A DNA stretch of 59,229 bases from Pseudomonadales bacterium. Its GTDB lineage: Bacteria; Pseudomonadota; Gammaproteobacteria; Pseudomonadales; JBECKS01. The translations under genes and the position numbers were made by a program. Below, piece after piece: positions 17,375 to 27,779 of the stretch; position 1 is the first letter of the stretch; each line of letters opens with the position of its first letter. The DNA is taken from positions 1-59,229 of the forward strand of contig JBECKS010000178.1 in the NCBI GenBank assembly GCA_040235395.1. Reading direction: 5' to 3'. Below the pieces are notes generated by a model that saw nothing but the letters and a program-made list of their open reading frames with translations, was not told where the DNA came from and ran no database searches.

Positions 17375-17427
17375 CACTACCTGAATACGTCCTTCCCCCC
17401 GACCTTGTTTAGATCAAAAACCAGAGA

Positions 17428-17457
17428 CTTCACCGCACTCTTCTTCACCGCACTCTT
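17428..17457. repeat. Perfect 15-bp tandem duplication (CTTCACCGCACTCTT)x2
   Basis: Read directly from the sequence; it lies inside an 11-bp inverted repeat (17416-17426 and 17500-17510). Confidence 0.9.
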
Positions 17458-17805
17458 CATCGGATTATCGGAGTCATCTAAATCAGAAGCGGCTATCCAC
17501 TCTGGTTTTTATCAGGGAAAGCTAGCTCAAAATTGCCTGAGCCAACGGAGCTATTTCGTGTTCATAAAACAGCTTTTTCCATGTCCAAGGTTTTTTAACA
17601 TAAATTTCAAGTTAATCCAATAAGTCTTTGGAATTTATGCTACTTTTCGTTTTTGAGAAGGCGCTTTCGAGACCATTTTTTGTCAATTTTCTAGTTAAAA
17701 AAGCGCCCCATTTTAGTCCCCCCGAAAACCCGCTTTGGCTAGTGCTAAGTCACCCAATCTTGTAAGCTCCTCTCAACTTTTCCCTCAATAGAACAGGAAG
17801 CAAAA

Positions 17806-18753
17806 ATGGCTGTAAAACTCGGTATTGTCATGGATCCGATTGATAAAATCGCTTTCAAGAAAGACAGCTCCCTTGCCATGCTATTTGCCGCCCAGGAACG
17901 ACAGTGGGAAATCCACTACATGGAGCAAGGGGATCTATTTATTAATCAAGGCGAAGCCTTTGCAACAACTCGCAGCATCCAAGTCTTTGATAATCAAGCA
18001 CATTATTTCGAAATGGGTGAACCTTCACTGATTCGCCTAAGTGACCTTCATGTGATCTTGATGCGTAAGGATCCGCCCTTCGACATGAATTTCATCTATA
18101 CCACCTACATACTTGAGCTGGCTCAGAAAGCAGGTACTGCAGTCGTTAATCGACCTTCCAGCCTAAGGGATTGCAATGAAAAGATTTTTGCCACGCACTT
18201 TCCACAATGCTGCACAAACACCATGGTAAGCCAGAATCACGAACAACTTATTGACTTTCTTGAGGAAAACCCTATTTCGATTATCAAACCCCTTGACGGC
18301 ATGGGTGGTGAATCAATCTTCAGAATTGAGCACGAAGGCGGAAATACAGAGGTCATCATCGAAACCCTGACCCAACGAGGAAGCCGACCCGCAATGATTC
18401 AGCGCTATATTCCAGAAGTCAGCCAGGGCGACAAGCGCATTCTACTCGTTGGCGGTCTTCCTGTTAGTCATGGGCTTGCACGAATACCTCAAGGTTATGA
18501 TATCCGTGGAAATCTTGCTGCAGGGGGCAAGGGTATTGTGCAGGAACTCACCGACAGGGATTACTGGATTTGTGAACAGGTAGCGCCCACACTTAGAGAA
18601 AAAGGTCTCGACTTTGTAGGTATTGATGTTATCGGTGGCTTCCTCACCGAAATTAATGTTACGAGTCCTACTTGTATTAGAGAGATTGATCGTGATGCAG
18701 GTACCGACATCGCCGGAGACTTACTGGACCACATCCAGAACACTTACCTTTAA
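17806..18753 (+). CDS. gshB: Glutathione synthetase
   Basis: Motifs GIVMDP, LMRKDPPFD, KPLDGMGG and TEINVTSPT; divergent from pilG as in pseudomonads. Confidence 0.97.
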   Translation: MAVKLGIVMDPIDKIAFKKDSSLAMLFAAQERQWEIHYMEQGDLFINQGEAFATTRSIQVFDNQAHYFEMGEPSLIRLSDLHVILMRKDPPFDMNFIYTTYILELAQKAGTAVVNRPSSLRDCNEKIFATHFPQCCTNTMVSQNHEQLIDFLEENPISIIKPLDGMGGESIFRIEHEGGNTEVIIETLTQRGSRPAMIQRYIPEVSQGDKRILLVGGLPVSHGLARIPQGYDIRGNLAAGGKGIVQELTDRDYWICEQVAPTLREKGLDFVGIDVIGGFLTEINVTSPTCIREIDRDAGTDIAGDLLDHIQNTYL

Positions 18754-18849
18754 CTGCAAAAAAAATCTCGACATCTTACTTAAGATTTTTTTGGGTAAAG
18801 GCATTCCAATATTTTGCGTTTTTAAACAAATTGGTTAGCATCCTGTTTC

Positions 18850-19740
18850 ATGCCAAGCCCAAATGCGACCACGCTCAATCATCCCGTCAACGAAAATGAC
18901 CGCTTGGGTTTTACCTTTATGATGGCCATCGGTCTTCATGCCCTGATTATTTTTGGTATTGGATTTGACACCCTGCTCCCTGATGCCTCAGCACGCTTGC
19001 TGGAAGTGACGCTCACTCAATTCAAAAATGATGACGAACCCGACGTAGCTGACTTCGTTGCTCAGAATAATCAACAGGGATCGGGCACATTAAAAGAAAG
19101 CGCCCAGCTCAGCAGCGACTATAAAAGCATTTATCAGGACAACACCGTTAGGAAAATCCAGTTAAATAAGCCAACGGTTATTAAAACTGACCCTATTCAA
19201 CAGAAAAAAATTCTTTCAACGGCTGTGAGTGAGCATGAAATTTATGCAAGCACCAATCAACAGAAACGTGATTTGCAATATCTGGATAAATCCACACAGG
19301 AACAGTTGTTACAACAGAACCTGGAAATTGCAAGTCTGGAAGCAAAACTGGCCGAGCAACAACAGCTATACGCAAAAGGTCCAAAGATTCGAACCATCAC
19401 ATCCGTATCAGCAAAATCTTCTGAAGATGCTGCTTACATCAATTCCTTTCGTGAAAAAATTGAATATGTTGGAAATAAATACTACCCGAAGGAAGCAAAG
19501 CGAAACGGTTACCAAGGTGATGTTCAACTTTTGGTAACCATCAAACCAGACGGCTACATTCACAGCATCGAACTATTACGCTCTTCAAATAATCCTGTTC
19601 TCGATAAAGCCGCCATTAACAGCGTACGCTTAGCTGCACCATTCCCAAGATTCCCTAAAAAAATGCGTGAAAATACCGACCGTCTGGAAATTATACGTAC
19701 CTGGCAATTTCGACGGGAGCAACTCAGTACGCGCTCCTGA
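18850..19740 (+). CDS. tonB: TonB-family energy transducer (TonB3-like)
   Basis: N-terminal transmembrane helix with His ('AIGLHALIIFG'), 'ADFVAQNNQQGSG', and a TonB C-terminal domain (YYPKEA...LDKAA...APF); located between gshB and algH. Confidence 0.85.
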   Translation: MPSPNATTLNHPVNENDRLGFTFMMAIGLHALIIFGIGFDTLLPDASARLLEVTLTQFKNDDEPDVADFVAQNNQQGSGTLKESAQLSSDYKSIYQDNTVRKIQLNKPTVIKTDPIQQKKILSTAVSEHEIYASTNQQKRDLQYLDKSTQEQLLQQNLEIASLEAKLAEQQQLYAKGPKIRTITSVSAKSSEDAAYINSFREKIEYVGNKYYPKEAKRNGYQGDVQLLVTIKPDGYIHSIELLRSSNNPVLDKAAINSVRLAAPFPRFPKKMRENTDRLEIIRTWQFRREQLSTRS

Positions 19741-19791
19741 AAACAAAAGTTTTCACTATTCCTCGATTCGGGAAAGACTTAGAATGAAGGC

Positions 19792-20364
19792 ATGACTGAG
19801 CAGACTTTTTTCAAGAATCAGTTTCTGATTGCAATGCCCCAACAAGGCGATCCTTTATTTTCTGAAGCCTTGATATATCTTTGTGAGCATGACGAAAATG
19901 GCGCTATGGGTTTAATTGTTAACAAACCCCTACCTATAAATTTCTCCTCTCTCCTTCAACAGCTTCAAATTGAAATTTCAACAAGCGCCTTTGAAAACCT
20001 TCCAGAGAAAACTGTCTTTTTTGGTGGGCCATGCCAGAACAATCACGGCTTCATTCTGCACAATGGAGGTTTGCGTTGGCCATCTTCCATGCCAGTAACT
20101 GATGAACTGGTTTTAAGCAGTTCCAAGGAAATTCTTTCAGACATCGCATTAATGAAAGGGCCAGAAAAATTTCTTTTCGCATTGGGTTATTCAGGTTGGG
20201 GCGCTGGGCAACTTGAAAATGAAATGGCTCAAAATGTCTGGCTGAATGTAAACGCAGATAGCGAATTAATTTTTTCATTAGACCCCGAACATCGTTGGCA
20301 TCACGCCGCTATGAGTATCGGTATTGATATAAATCTCGTGGGTGGGCAGGCAGGTTATGATTAA
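19792..20364 (+). CDS. algH: YqgE/AlgH family protein (UPF0301)
   Basis: Motifs FLIAMP, GAMGLIVNKP, GGP and GYSGWGAGQLENE. Confidence 0.93.
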   Translation: MTEQTFFKNQFLIAMPQQGDPLFSEALIYLCEHDENGAMGLIVNKPLPINFSSLLQQLQIEISTSAFENLPEKTVFFGGPCQNNHGFILHNGGLRWPSSMPVTDELVLSSSKEILSDIALMKGPEKFLFALGYSGWGAGQLENEMAQNVWLNVNADSELIFSLDPEHRWHHAAMSIGIDINLVGGQAGYD

Positions 20365-20387
20365 AACAGACTATATGATTTCTCATC

Positions 20388-20813
20388 ATGCCTAAATCGG
20401 TCGAACAATATCTTGCCTTTGACTTTGGTACCAAACACATTGGCGTTGCTGTTGGACAAACCATCAGCGAAAGTGCGCAGGGCTTATGCCAGCTAAAAGC
20501 AAATGATGGTATTCCTGATTGGGATGATTTAGACAAACTGGTTAATGAATGGAAACCAGATGCTTTGGTTATTGGCTTGCCACTTAACATGGATGGTAGC
20601 GAAAGCTTAATGAGTACACGCGCTCGTAAATTCCATAACCGGCTCGCTGACCGATACCAACTTCCCTGTCACTTAATGGATGAACGCCTTTCAAGTCATG
20701 AGGTAAAGAGTAGGCAAATTGATTCTGGGAAAAATTTAAAGCAAGAGATTGACTCTTTGGCAGCAGCCGTAATACTGGAAAGCTGGTTAGCTTCACAAAA
20801 ATCAGAAAACTAG
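20388..20813 (+). CDS. yqgF: Pre-16S rRNA nuclease YqgF/RuvX
   Basis: Motifs AFDFGTKHIGVAVG, IGLPLNMDG, DERLSS and IDSLAA. Confidence 0.95.
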   Translation: MPKSVEQYLAFDFGTKHIGVAVGQTISESAQGLCQLKANDGIPDWDDLDKLVNEWKPDALVIGLPLNMDGSESLMSTRARKFHNRLADRYQLPCHLMDERLSSHEVKSRQIDSGKNLKQEIDSLAAAVILESWLASQKSEN

Positions 20814-20827
20814 ACAATGAGTACTGA

Positions 20828-21352
20828 ATGAACAAAAAACAAAGCGACACCCAGCTCAAGGATATTAATCAACTTCTAGAAATTCTCGTCAAGGATTTAA
20901 AAGAGAGACTGTCCCAACTTGATTCTGGGAAAACTTTTCTGGTTGGTATTCATTCAGGTGGTGTCTGGTTAGCTGAGCACCTGCATAGTGCCCTTGGTTT
21001 AAAAAATGAACTGGGAAAGCTTGATATTTCCTTCTATCGTGACGATTTCGAACAAAAAGGCTTACATCCAGAAGTAAAGCCTTCGTCATTACATTTTGAT
21101 GTTGATGATGCCAATATAATTCTAGTTGATGATGTTGTTATGACTGGGCGGACCATCAGGGCTGCCATGAATGAAATTTTTGATTATGGACGCCCTGCGT
21201 GCATAGTCCTCGCCAGTTTAGTTGAGCTAGATGCGCAACAATTACCGATAAGATCAGATATTTGTGGACAAAAGCTTTCATTATTACCCTCACAAAGGGT
21301 AGAATTGTGCGGGCCTCAGCCACTGAGCATCAGGATTCTGGAGAAGCCCTAG
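20828..21352 (+). CDS. pyrR: Bifunctional pyr regulator / uracil phosphoribosyltransferase
   Basis: Motifs LDISFYRDD and LVDDVVMTGRTIRAA; directly upstream of pyrB. Confidence 0.93.
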   Translation: MNKKQSDTQLKDINQLLEILVKDLKERLSQLDSGKTFLVGIHSGGVWLAEHLHSALGLKNELGKLDISFYRDDFEQKGLHPEVKPSSLHFDVDDANIILVDDVVMTGRTIRAAMNEIFDYGRPACIVLASLVELDAQQLPIRSDICGQKLSLLPSQRVELCGPQPLSIRILEKP

Positions 21353-21381
21353 CCTCAAGCCGATAAACAAACAAAAACTCG

Positions 21382-22428
21382 ATGTCGCCTGACCTGAAAA
21401 CAACAGAAAAAACATCATCATCACAAAATCCCCGCAATATTCAATTACACGCCGACGGGAAACTAAGGCATTTCCTCAGCATTGAAGGTCTAAACAAAAA
21501 CCAGCTTGAAGAAATTCTCGATACCGCAGATTCCTTTCTAGGTGTTGGCCACCGCGCCATCAAGAAGGTACCCCTGCTGCGCGGCAAGACGATTGTTAAT
21601 CTTTTTTTTGAACCCAGCACGCGCACAAGAACCACTTTTGAACTTGCTGCCAAACGTCTAAGCGCCGATGTACTCAACATCAACATCAATACATCTGCAA
21701 CGACCAAAGGCGAATCACTTGTGGATATGCTCAAGAACATTGAGGCCATGTCTGCTGATATGTTCATTGTTCGTCACGCTCAAAGTGGTGCTGCGCACTT
21801 TCTTGCGCAACAGGTTGACCCTCATGTTTCCATTATCAATGCAGGTGATGGTAGCCATGAACATCCTACTCAAGCCATGCTGGACATGCTCACCATAAGG
21901 AAACATAAAGGTGATTTTTCAAAACTGAAAGTTGCCATCATTGGCGACATTCTTCACTCACGGGTAGCGCGTTCTGAAATCCTTGCACTACGAACACTTG
22001 GTGCTGAAGATGTAAGAATCATTGCGCCAAAAACACTTTTACCCCATGACTGTGATGCCTTGGGTGCAACTGTTTTTTCAGATATAACAAAAGGTCTGAA
22101 GGATGTTGATGTCATTATTATGTTGCGTTTACAGAAAGAGCGCATGGATTCAGCTCTTCTTCCAAGTGAAAACGAATTCTTCCAGACTTACGGCTTAAAT
22201 AATTCAACCCTGTCATTGGCAAAACCCGATGCACTTGTCATGCATCCAGGCCCAATTAATCGCGGCGTTGAAATCAGCTCAGAAGTTGCTGATGGAAGAC
22301 AGTCCGTCATTCTTGATCAGGTAAATTACGGCATCGCCGTTCGCATGGCCGTTCTTTCTCTGACCATGCAAGCAATGACTGTACAAGGTAAAGAACAGAA
22401 TAAAGAACAAGGTAAGCTTGACACATGA
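21382..22428 (+). CDS. pyrB: Aspartate carbamoyltransferase catalytic subunit
   Basis: Motifs [19 protein letters not shown] and MHPGP. Confidence 0.97.
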   Translation: MSPDLKTTEKTSSSQNPRNIQLHADGKLRHFLSIEGLNKNQLEEILDTADSFLGVGHRAIKKVPLLRGKTIVNLFFEPSTRTRTTFELAAKRLSADVLNININTSATTKGESLVDMLKNIEAMSADMFIVRHAQSGAAHFLAQQVDPHVSIINAGDGSHEHPTQAMLDMLTIRKHKGDFSKLKVAIIGDILHSRVARSEILALRTLGAEDVRIIAPKTLLPHDCDALGATVFSDITKGLKDVDVIIMLRLQKERMDSALLPSENEFFQTYGLNNSTLSLAKPDALVMHPGPINRGVEISSEVADGRQSVILDQVNYGIAVRMAVLSLTMQAMTVQGKEQNKEQGKLDT

Positions 22429-23711
22429 ACAAGCTAAGTATCGCAATCCAGAATGTACGCCTGATAGACCCCTATCAAAATCTTGATCAGCAAGCCCATG
22501 TGCTGATTGAAAACAAACACATTCAATCCATTGTTCCCGCCAATAAGAATTCCAGCGATATAAAGGCTGACAAGCTTATTGATGGCAAAAATAAATTTCT
22601 GATGCCAAGCATCGTTGACACCAATACCCACTTAAGAGAACCAGGTTTTGAACGCAAGGCAACGCTTTCTTCTGAACTTAAAGCAGCTGTAAGCGCGGGA
22701 ATTGGTCATGTTGCCTGCCTGCCAAGCTGTATTCCATGTATTGATACGCCTGCACTCTCTGCATCGCTCATTGATAAGGCAAGGGAGATTGGTGCAAGCA
22801 AACTGTATCCCATTGGCGCGCTAACAAAAGAATTAAATGGGACTCATTTGAGCGAAATGAGGGCTTTATCAAAAGCAGGCTGCATAGCGCTAACCAATTT
22901 CTACCAACCTCTTGCCAGTTGGGAAGTGGCAACAAGATGTTATGAATATGCAGCCACTTTCGATATTCCTGTCATCATCTACCCGCAAATAAAAGAACTA
23001 GCAAAGCAAGGTGGTGTGCATGATGGTTTCTGGTCAGCAAAACTAGGCTTACCACCGATTCCTGCAAGCGCCGAAACCATTGCTATTGCCAGCCACCTTC
23101 TACTCATTGAGCAGACGGGTGTAAAAGCACATTTTTCTCAACTCTCCTGCGCACAATCTGTCGAACAAATTGAAGCAGCAAAACAGAAAGGGCTAAAAGT
23201 TACTGCTGATGTAGCGGCTCACCAATTATTCCTTGATCACTCACGCCTTGAAGGCTACAACAGCCTCTATCACTTGCAGCCACCCTTGCGCACACAGGAT
23301 GATATTGATGCATTAATAAATGGACTTAAACGCGGGGTCATCGACAGTATTAATTCTTCTCACCAGCCTCATGAAGCAGCAGCAAAGCACCTTCCCTTTC
23401 AATCGTCTGAATCTGGCATATCCGCTTTAGAAACATTATTACCTTTAGCTGGGATGTTACAGAAAAAAGATTTCAGTATTCTGGAAATTGCAAAACTGCT
23501 AAGCAAAAATCCAGCAAGTATTTTTGGCATCAAGCAAGAAGGGTTTAAAGAAGGCGCTCTATTTGATGCCTGTCTAGTTGAACAAAAAGACTGGATATTC
23601 AAAGAAGAAGATATTCATTCCGCAGGTAAAAACAGTCCTTTTATCGGTGAGCAATTTACCTGGAAAAACTGTGCAAGTTTTGTCTCAGGAAAATTGCTTT
23701 TCGAAGCGTAA
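22425..23711 (+). CDS. pyrC': Dihydroorotase-like protein (PyrC'), probably catalytically inactive ATCase partner
   Basis: Dihydroorotase fold (HLREPG, PPLR), but HxH reads NTH and the later metal/catalytic positions read YPQ, HFSQLS and SSHQPH. Overlaps the pyrB stop (ATGA). Confidence 0.85.
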   Translation: MNKLSIAIQNVRLIDPYQNLDQQAHVLIENKHIQSIVPANKNSSDIKADKLIDGKNKFLMPSIVDTNTHLREPGFERKATLSSELKAAVSAGIGHVACLPSCIPCIDTPALSASLIDKAREIGASKLYPIGALTKELNGTHLSEMRALSKAGCIALTNFYQPLASWEVATRCYEYAATFDIPVIIYPQIKELAKQGGVHDGFWSAKLGLPPIPASAETIAIASHLLLIEQTGVKAHFSQLSCAQSVEQIEAAKQKGLKVTADVAAHQLFLDHSRLEGYNSLYHLQPPLRTQDDIDALINGLKRGVIDSINSSHQPHEAAAKHLPFQSSESGISALETLLPLAGMLQKKDFSILEIAKLLSKNPASIFGIKQEGFKEGALFDACLVEQKDWIFKEEDIHSAGKNSPFIGEQFTWKNCASFVSGKLLFEA

Positions 23712-23712
23712 A

Positions 23713-24849
23713 TTAGAATCGCTTATGTTGATCGCCTTCATCTTCCTGAAGACTGAGTCCTTGCGCATCCCCTAGTGAAGACGCGTCATCTTTCGCAAGT
23801 TTAATCATCAAACGCAAATCATTCGGTGAATCCGCGTGAAGCAGCGCATCTTCATAGGTGATTTGCCCTGCGTCATAAAAATCGAAAAGCGCCTGGTCAA
23901 AGGTTTGCATGCCAAGCTCTCTTGATTTACTCATTAATTCTTTCAAAGTGTGGACTTCCGCTTTGCGTATCATGTCAGCAACCAAAGGCGTATTGAGTAG
24001 AACCTCAATGGCGGCCGCCCGGCCCTTACCATCTTTTGTTTTTATAAGCTGCTGAGCAACAATTCCCCTCAGGTTAAGCGATAGATCCATCCAGGTTTGT
24101 GCCTGACGATCTGCCGGGAAGAAGTGAATAATCCTGTCGAGTGCCTGGTTAGCATTGTTTGCGTGTAAAGTTGCAAGCACCAAGTGACCTGTTTCAGCGA
24201 ATGCAACAGCGTGCTCCATGGTCTCTCGTGTTCGAATCTCACCAATCATGATAACGTCTGGCGCCTGACGTAATGTATTCTTCAAGGCAACCTCATAAGA
24301 CTCGGTATCAAGACCTACTTCCCGTTGGGTCACAATGCAGTTTGCATGTTGGTGAATGAATTCTATCGGATCCTCAATGGAAATAATGTGCCCGTGACTA
24401 TTCCTGTTTCTATGGCCAATCATTGCAGCAAGTGATGTCGATTTACCTGTTCCCGTTGCGCCCACAAAAATCACAATGCCGCGCTTTGTCATTGCAAGTT
24501 CATTAATGACTTTAGGAAGCTTTAATTGCTCTGCTGTTGGAATCTGGGTTTCAATACGTCGCAACACCATGCCCACAAGGTTCCGCTGATAGAAGGCACT
24601 CACCCTGAAACGACCAATACCGCGAGAACTGATTGCAAAATTCATTTCTTTCGTTTCAGCAAATTCCTTTCTTTGCGCTTCGCTCATTACACCAAATACT
24701 ATCTCTCGGGTTTTCTCAGGTGTTAAGGGCGTTTTAGTAACGGGAATCATTTTTCCATTAATCTTCATGCTAGGAGGGACACCCGCCGAAATAAACAGGT
24801 CAGAACCACCTTTTTCTACCATTAGTTTTAATAATTGTTCGATTTCCAT
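23713..24849 (-). CDS. pilU: Type IV pilus retraction ATPase PilU
   Basis: Motifs GATGTGKST, EDPIE, LRQAPDVI and TLHANNA. Confidence 0.96.
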   Translation of the reverse strand: MEIEQLLKLMVEKGGSDLFISAGVPPSMKINGKMIPVTKTPLTPEKTREIVFGVMSEAQRKEFAETKEMNFAISSRGIGRFRVSAFYQRNLVGMVLRRIETQIPTAEQLKLPKVINELAMTKRGIVIFVGATGTGKSTSLAAMIGHRNRNSHGHIISIEDPIEFIHQHANCIVTQREVGLDTESYEVALKNTLRQAPDVIMIGEIRTRETMEHAVAFAETGHLVLATLHANNANQALDRIIHFFPADRQAQTWMDLSLNLRGIVAQQLIKTKDGKGRAAAIEVLLNTPLVADMIRKAEVHTLKELMSKSRELGMQTFDQALFDFYDAGQITYEDALLHADSPNDLRLMIKLAKDDASSLGDAQGLSLQEDEGDQHKRF

Positions 24850-24894
24850 GGAAAAACTCGCTTTGCTATTTTTGTTCTTTTTTTAAAAAACTTC

Positions 24895-25929
24895 CTAGAA
24901 GTTTTCTGGGAACTTCGCTTTTTCTTTTGCAATATGCGCTTCAACAACACCCTGACCCACAAGATTTGATAGACACTGGTCTAGGGTCTGCATGCCGACA
25001 CCAGCACCCGTCTGAATCGCTGAGTACATCTGTGCAACTTTATCTTCACGAATCAGGTTTCGAATCGCTGGCGTACCAATCATGATTTCGTGAGCGGCAA
25101 CACGACCACCCCCTTTTTTCTTCATCAAGGTCTGTGAAATTACAGCCTGCAAGGATTCTGAGAGCATGGAACGCACCATGGCTTTTTCTGCGGCAGGGAA
25201 TACATCAACAATACGGTCAATGGTTTTTGCTGCCGACTGGGTGTGTAGTGTTCCAAACACCAAGTGACCTGTTTCCGCCGCTTCCAGAGCCAGCTTGATG
25301 GTTTCAAGGTCTCGCATCTCACCCACCAGAATAATGTCAGGGTCTTCCCTTAGCGCTGAGCGCAAAGCAGCCGAGAAACCCAAAGTGTCTCGATGAACCT
25401 CACGTTGGTTAACCAGACATTTCTTACTCTCATGTACGAACTCGATAGGATCCTCAATGGTGAGAATGTGCTCATAACGGTTGTTATTAATGTAATCAAT
25501 CATTGCAGCCAGAGTGGTACTTTTACCTGAGCCGGTTGGTCCTGTTACAAGCACAATCCCCCTCGCCATGCTTGAGATGTCCCTGAATACTTTTCCTAAA
25601 CCAAGATCCTCCATGGTAAGCACCTTAGAAGGAATAGTTCGGAATACGCCGCCAGCGCCGCGGTTCTGGTTGAAGGCGTTAACACGGAAACGAGCAAGGC
25701 CTGGCACTTCAAATGAAAAATCCGTTTCCAGGAACTCCTCGTAATCCTTGCGCTGCCTGTCATTCATGATGTCATAAATCAAGCCATGTACATCTTTATG
25801 GTCCATGGCAGGCAAATTGATTCTTCGAACGTCTCCGTCCACACGAATCATGGGCGGAAGACCAGCGGAAAGATGCAAATCCGATGCGCCCTGTTTGGCG
25901 CTAAAGGCGAGTAATTCAGTAATATCCAT
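24895..25929 (-). CDS. pilT: Type IV pilus retraction ATPase PilT
   Basis: MDITELL start, GPTGSGKST and the AIRNLIRE motif. Confidence 0.98.
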   Translation of the reverse strand: MDITELLAFSAKQGASDLHLSAGLPPMIRVDGDVRRINLPAMDHKDVHGLIYDIMNDRQRKDYEEFLETDFSFEVPGLARFRVNAFNQNRGAGGVFRTIPSKVLTMEDLGLGKVFRDISSMARGIVLVTGPTGSGKSTTLAAMIDYINNNRYEHILTIEDPIEFVHESKKCLVNQREVHRDTLGFSAALRSALREDPDIILVGEMRDLETIKLALEAAETGHLVFGTLHTQSAAKTIDRIVDVFPAAEKAMVRSMLSESLQAVISQTLMKKKGGGRVAAHEIMIGTPAIRNLIREDKVAQMYSAIQTGAGVGMQTLDQCLSNLVGQGVVEAHIAKEKAKFPENF

Positions 25930-26242
25930 GGATTTTCCTCATAAATGATGCCTTGGAAATGAGAGGTCTAAGCGGCAAGGCGGTGTTTTTATTCTATCAG
26001 TCTTGCACCGCACATGCGGAAATTATTCAAGCTCATTACCTGAAGCCTCTTACCCAGTTAAAAGGCATCGCTACTATCAGGCGAGATAGTTAAGGTAAGT
26101 GGTTACAGGGATTATTTCAATATACTGTGGATGAAATGTTTTACTGAGCGACTTGCACCAATCTGGTAAGTGAGTAAGTTATCCCCTCCAGAGCAAACTC
26201 CTAGCTGCATCATAAAGCCTGAGCCTTCAAATTACAGAAAAC

Positions 26243-26923
26243 ATGGCAAATACAGAAAACATGACAAGCATCAAAGATGCATTTAGCCAGATTCATACTC
26301 AGATTAAAGCCATCAATCCTGATGCCCGAATTCTGGCTGTTTCAAAAAAGCAGTCTGTCAGCAAGATTCGTGAAGCTTATGACTGTGGTCAACGTCATTT
26401 TGGAGAAAACTATCTACAGGAAGCTTTACCGAAGATTGCAGACCTTGGAGCTCTAACAGACATACAATGGCATTTCATTGGCCCGATACAAAGCAACAAA
26501 TGTAAAGCCATCGCTGAACATTTTGATTGGATACAGTCTCTGGACCGCCTTGAAATTGCCGAAAAACTGAACCGGCATTGCCCTGAATCAAAAGCACTTC
26601 AGGTCTGTGTGCAAGTGAATCTGGATAAGGAAGCACAGAAAGCAGGCATCGCCTTTGAAGAAATTGAAACCTTCTGTAAAGCTCTTCAGCAATATAAGCA
26701 TCTGACATTAAGAGGGCTCATGCTGATTCCCAAAGCGGAACAGAAAGACGAAACCCTGCTAGCTGGTTTTATGAAAATGGCCTCCTGCTTTAAAAACCTG
26801 AAAAAACATTACCCAGAGATGGATACCCTATCGATGGGCATGTCCCAAGACTATATACTTGCACTTGAAACAGGTGCCACCATGGTCAGAATAGGCAGCG
26901 CATTGTTTGGTGAGCGTCAGTGA
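26243..26923 (+). CDS. yggS: PLP homeostasis protein YggS
   Basis: Motifs LAVSK, FGENYLQE, WHFIG, LSMGMS and VRIGSALFG. Start may be 26261. Confidence 0.96.
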   Translation: MANTENMTSIKDAFSQIHTQIKAINPDARILAVSKKQSVSKIREAYDCGQRHFGENYLQEALPKIADLGALTDIQWHFIGPIQSNKCKAIAEHFDWIQSLDRLEIAEKLNRHCPESKALQVCVQVNLDKEAQKAGIAFEEIETFCKALQQYKHLTLRGLMLIPKAEQKDETLLAGFMKMASCFKNLKKHYPEMDTLSMGMSQDYILALETGATMVRIGSALFGERQ

Positions 26924-26956
26924 GTTGTCCACTTTATTATCCATAGAAGAGGTTTC

Positions 26957-27775
26957 ATGAGTCAGTCAATTTCAATTGGTTTCATTGGTGCGGGAAATAT
27001 GGCTAGCGCATTAGTAGGCGGCATGATTGCCAATGGCTTTTCACCTGACTCACTCATGCTGACTGACATCAATCAGGAACAATTACAGCAAATCAAAACA
27101 CAGTTTGGCGTTCGTATTGCTGACAGTAATCATGAAATTATCCAGGCTTGTGAAATTGTCGTTCTTGCTGTTAAACCTCAAGTGATGCAAACGGTGATTA
27201 GTGAAGTGGCTGCAGAGCTTAAACAGAAGAAACCACTACTCATCAGTATCGCTGCCGGCATCACTATCGGTTCTTTCACAAAATGGATTGGGGAAGAACT
27301 GGCAATCGTTCGCTGCATGCCAAACACACCTGCGCTACTAAAACTAGGCGCTAGCGCTCTCTTTGCAAACGCAAAAGTAAATGAAAAACAAAAACAGGAT
27401 GCGCAGAATATACTTCAAGCCGTTGGGATTATTGAATGGCTAGAAAACGAAACCCAAATAGATGCGGTAACCGCACTTTCCGGCAGTGGTCCTGCTTATT
27501 ACTTCCTGATGATGGAAGCCATGATTACAGCAGGAAAAGCCTTAGGTCTTAACGAAGACAGTGCCAAAGCATTAACCATACAAACAGCACTTGGTGCAGC
27601 AAGCATGGCTCAACAGAGTGATGTTGATATTGATGAATTACGTAGGCGCGTCACTTCCCCCAAGGGCACAACAGAAGCAGCTATAAACAATTTTATGGAA
27701 AATAATTTCAAGGATATTATTACAAGCGCCATGAAAGCTGCACAACAACGTTCCATCGAACTTTCACAGGATTGA
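26957..27775 (+). CDS. proC: Pyrroline-5-carboxylate reductase
   Basis: Motifs FIGAGNMA, RCMPNTP, SGSGPAY and VTSPKGTT. Confidence 0.97.
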   Translation: MSQSISIGFIGAGNMASALVGGMIANGFSPDSLMLTDINQEQLQQIKTQFGVRIADSNHEIIQACEIVVLAVKPQVMQTVISEVAAELKQKKPLLISIAAGITIGSFTKWIGEELAIVRCMPNTPALLKLGASALFANAKVNEKQKQDAQNILQAVGIIEWLENETQIDAVTALSGSGPAYYFLMMEAMITAGKALGLNEDSAKALTIQTALGAASMAQQSDVDIDELRRRVTSPKGTTEAAINNFMENNFKDIITSAMKAAQQRSIELSQD

Positions 27776-27779
27776 TTTT

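Noticed and set aside
17345-17623. 92-aa ORF in the pilG-gshB gap
   Set aside because: Weak start context and no recognisable protein features; it has no receiver motifs, so it is not a pilH remnant.
26165-26184. GTAAGTGAGT resembling half of a SlmA binding site
   Set aside because: The second half of the palindrome is absent.
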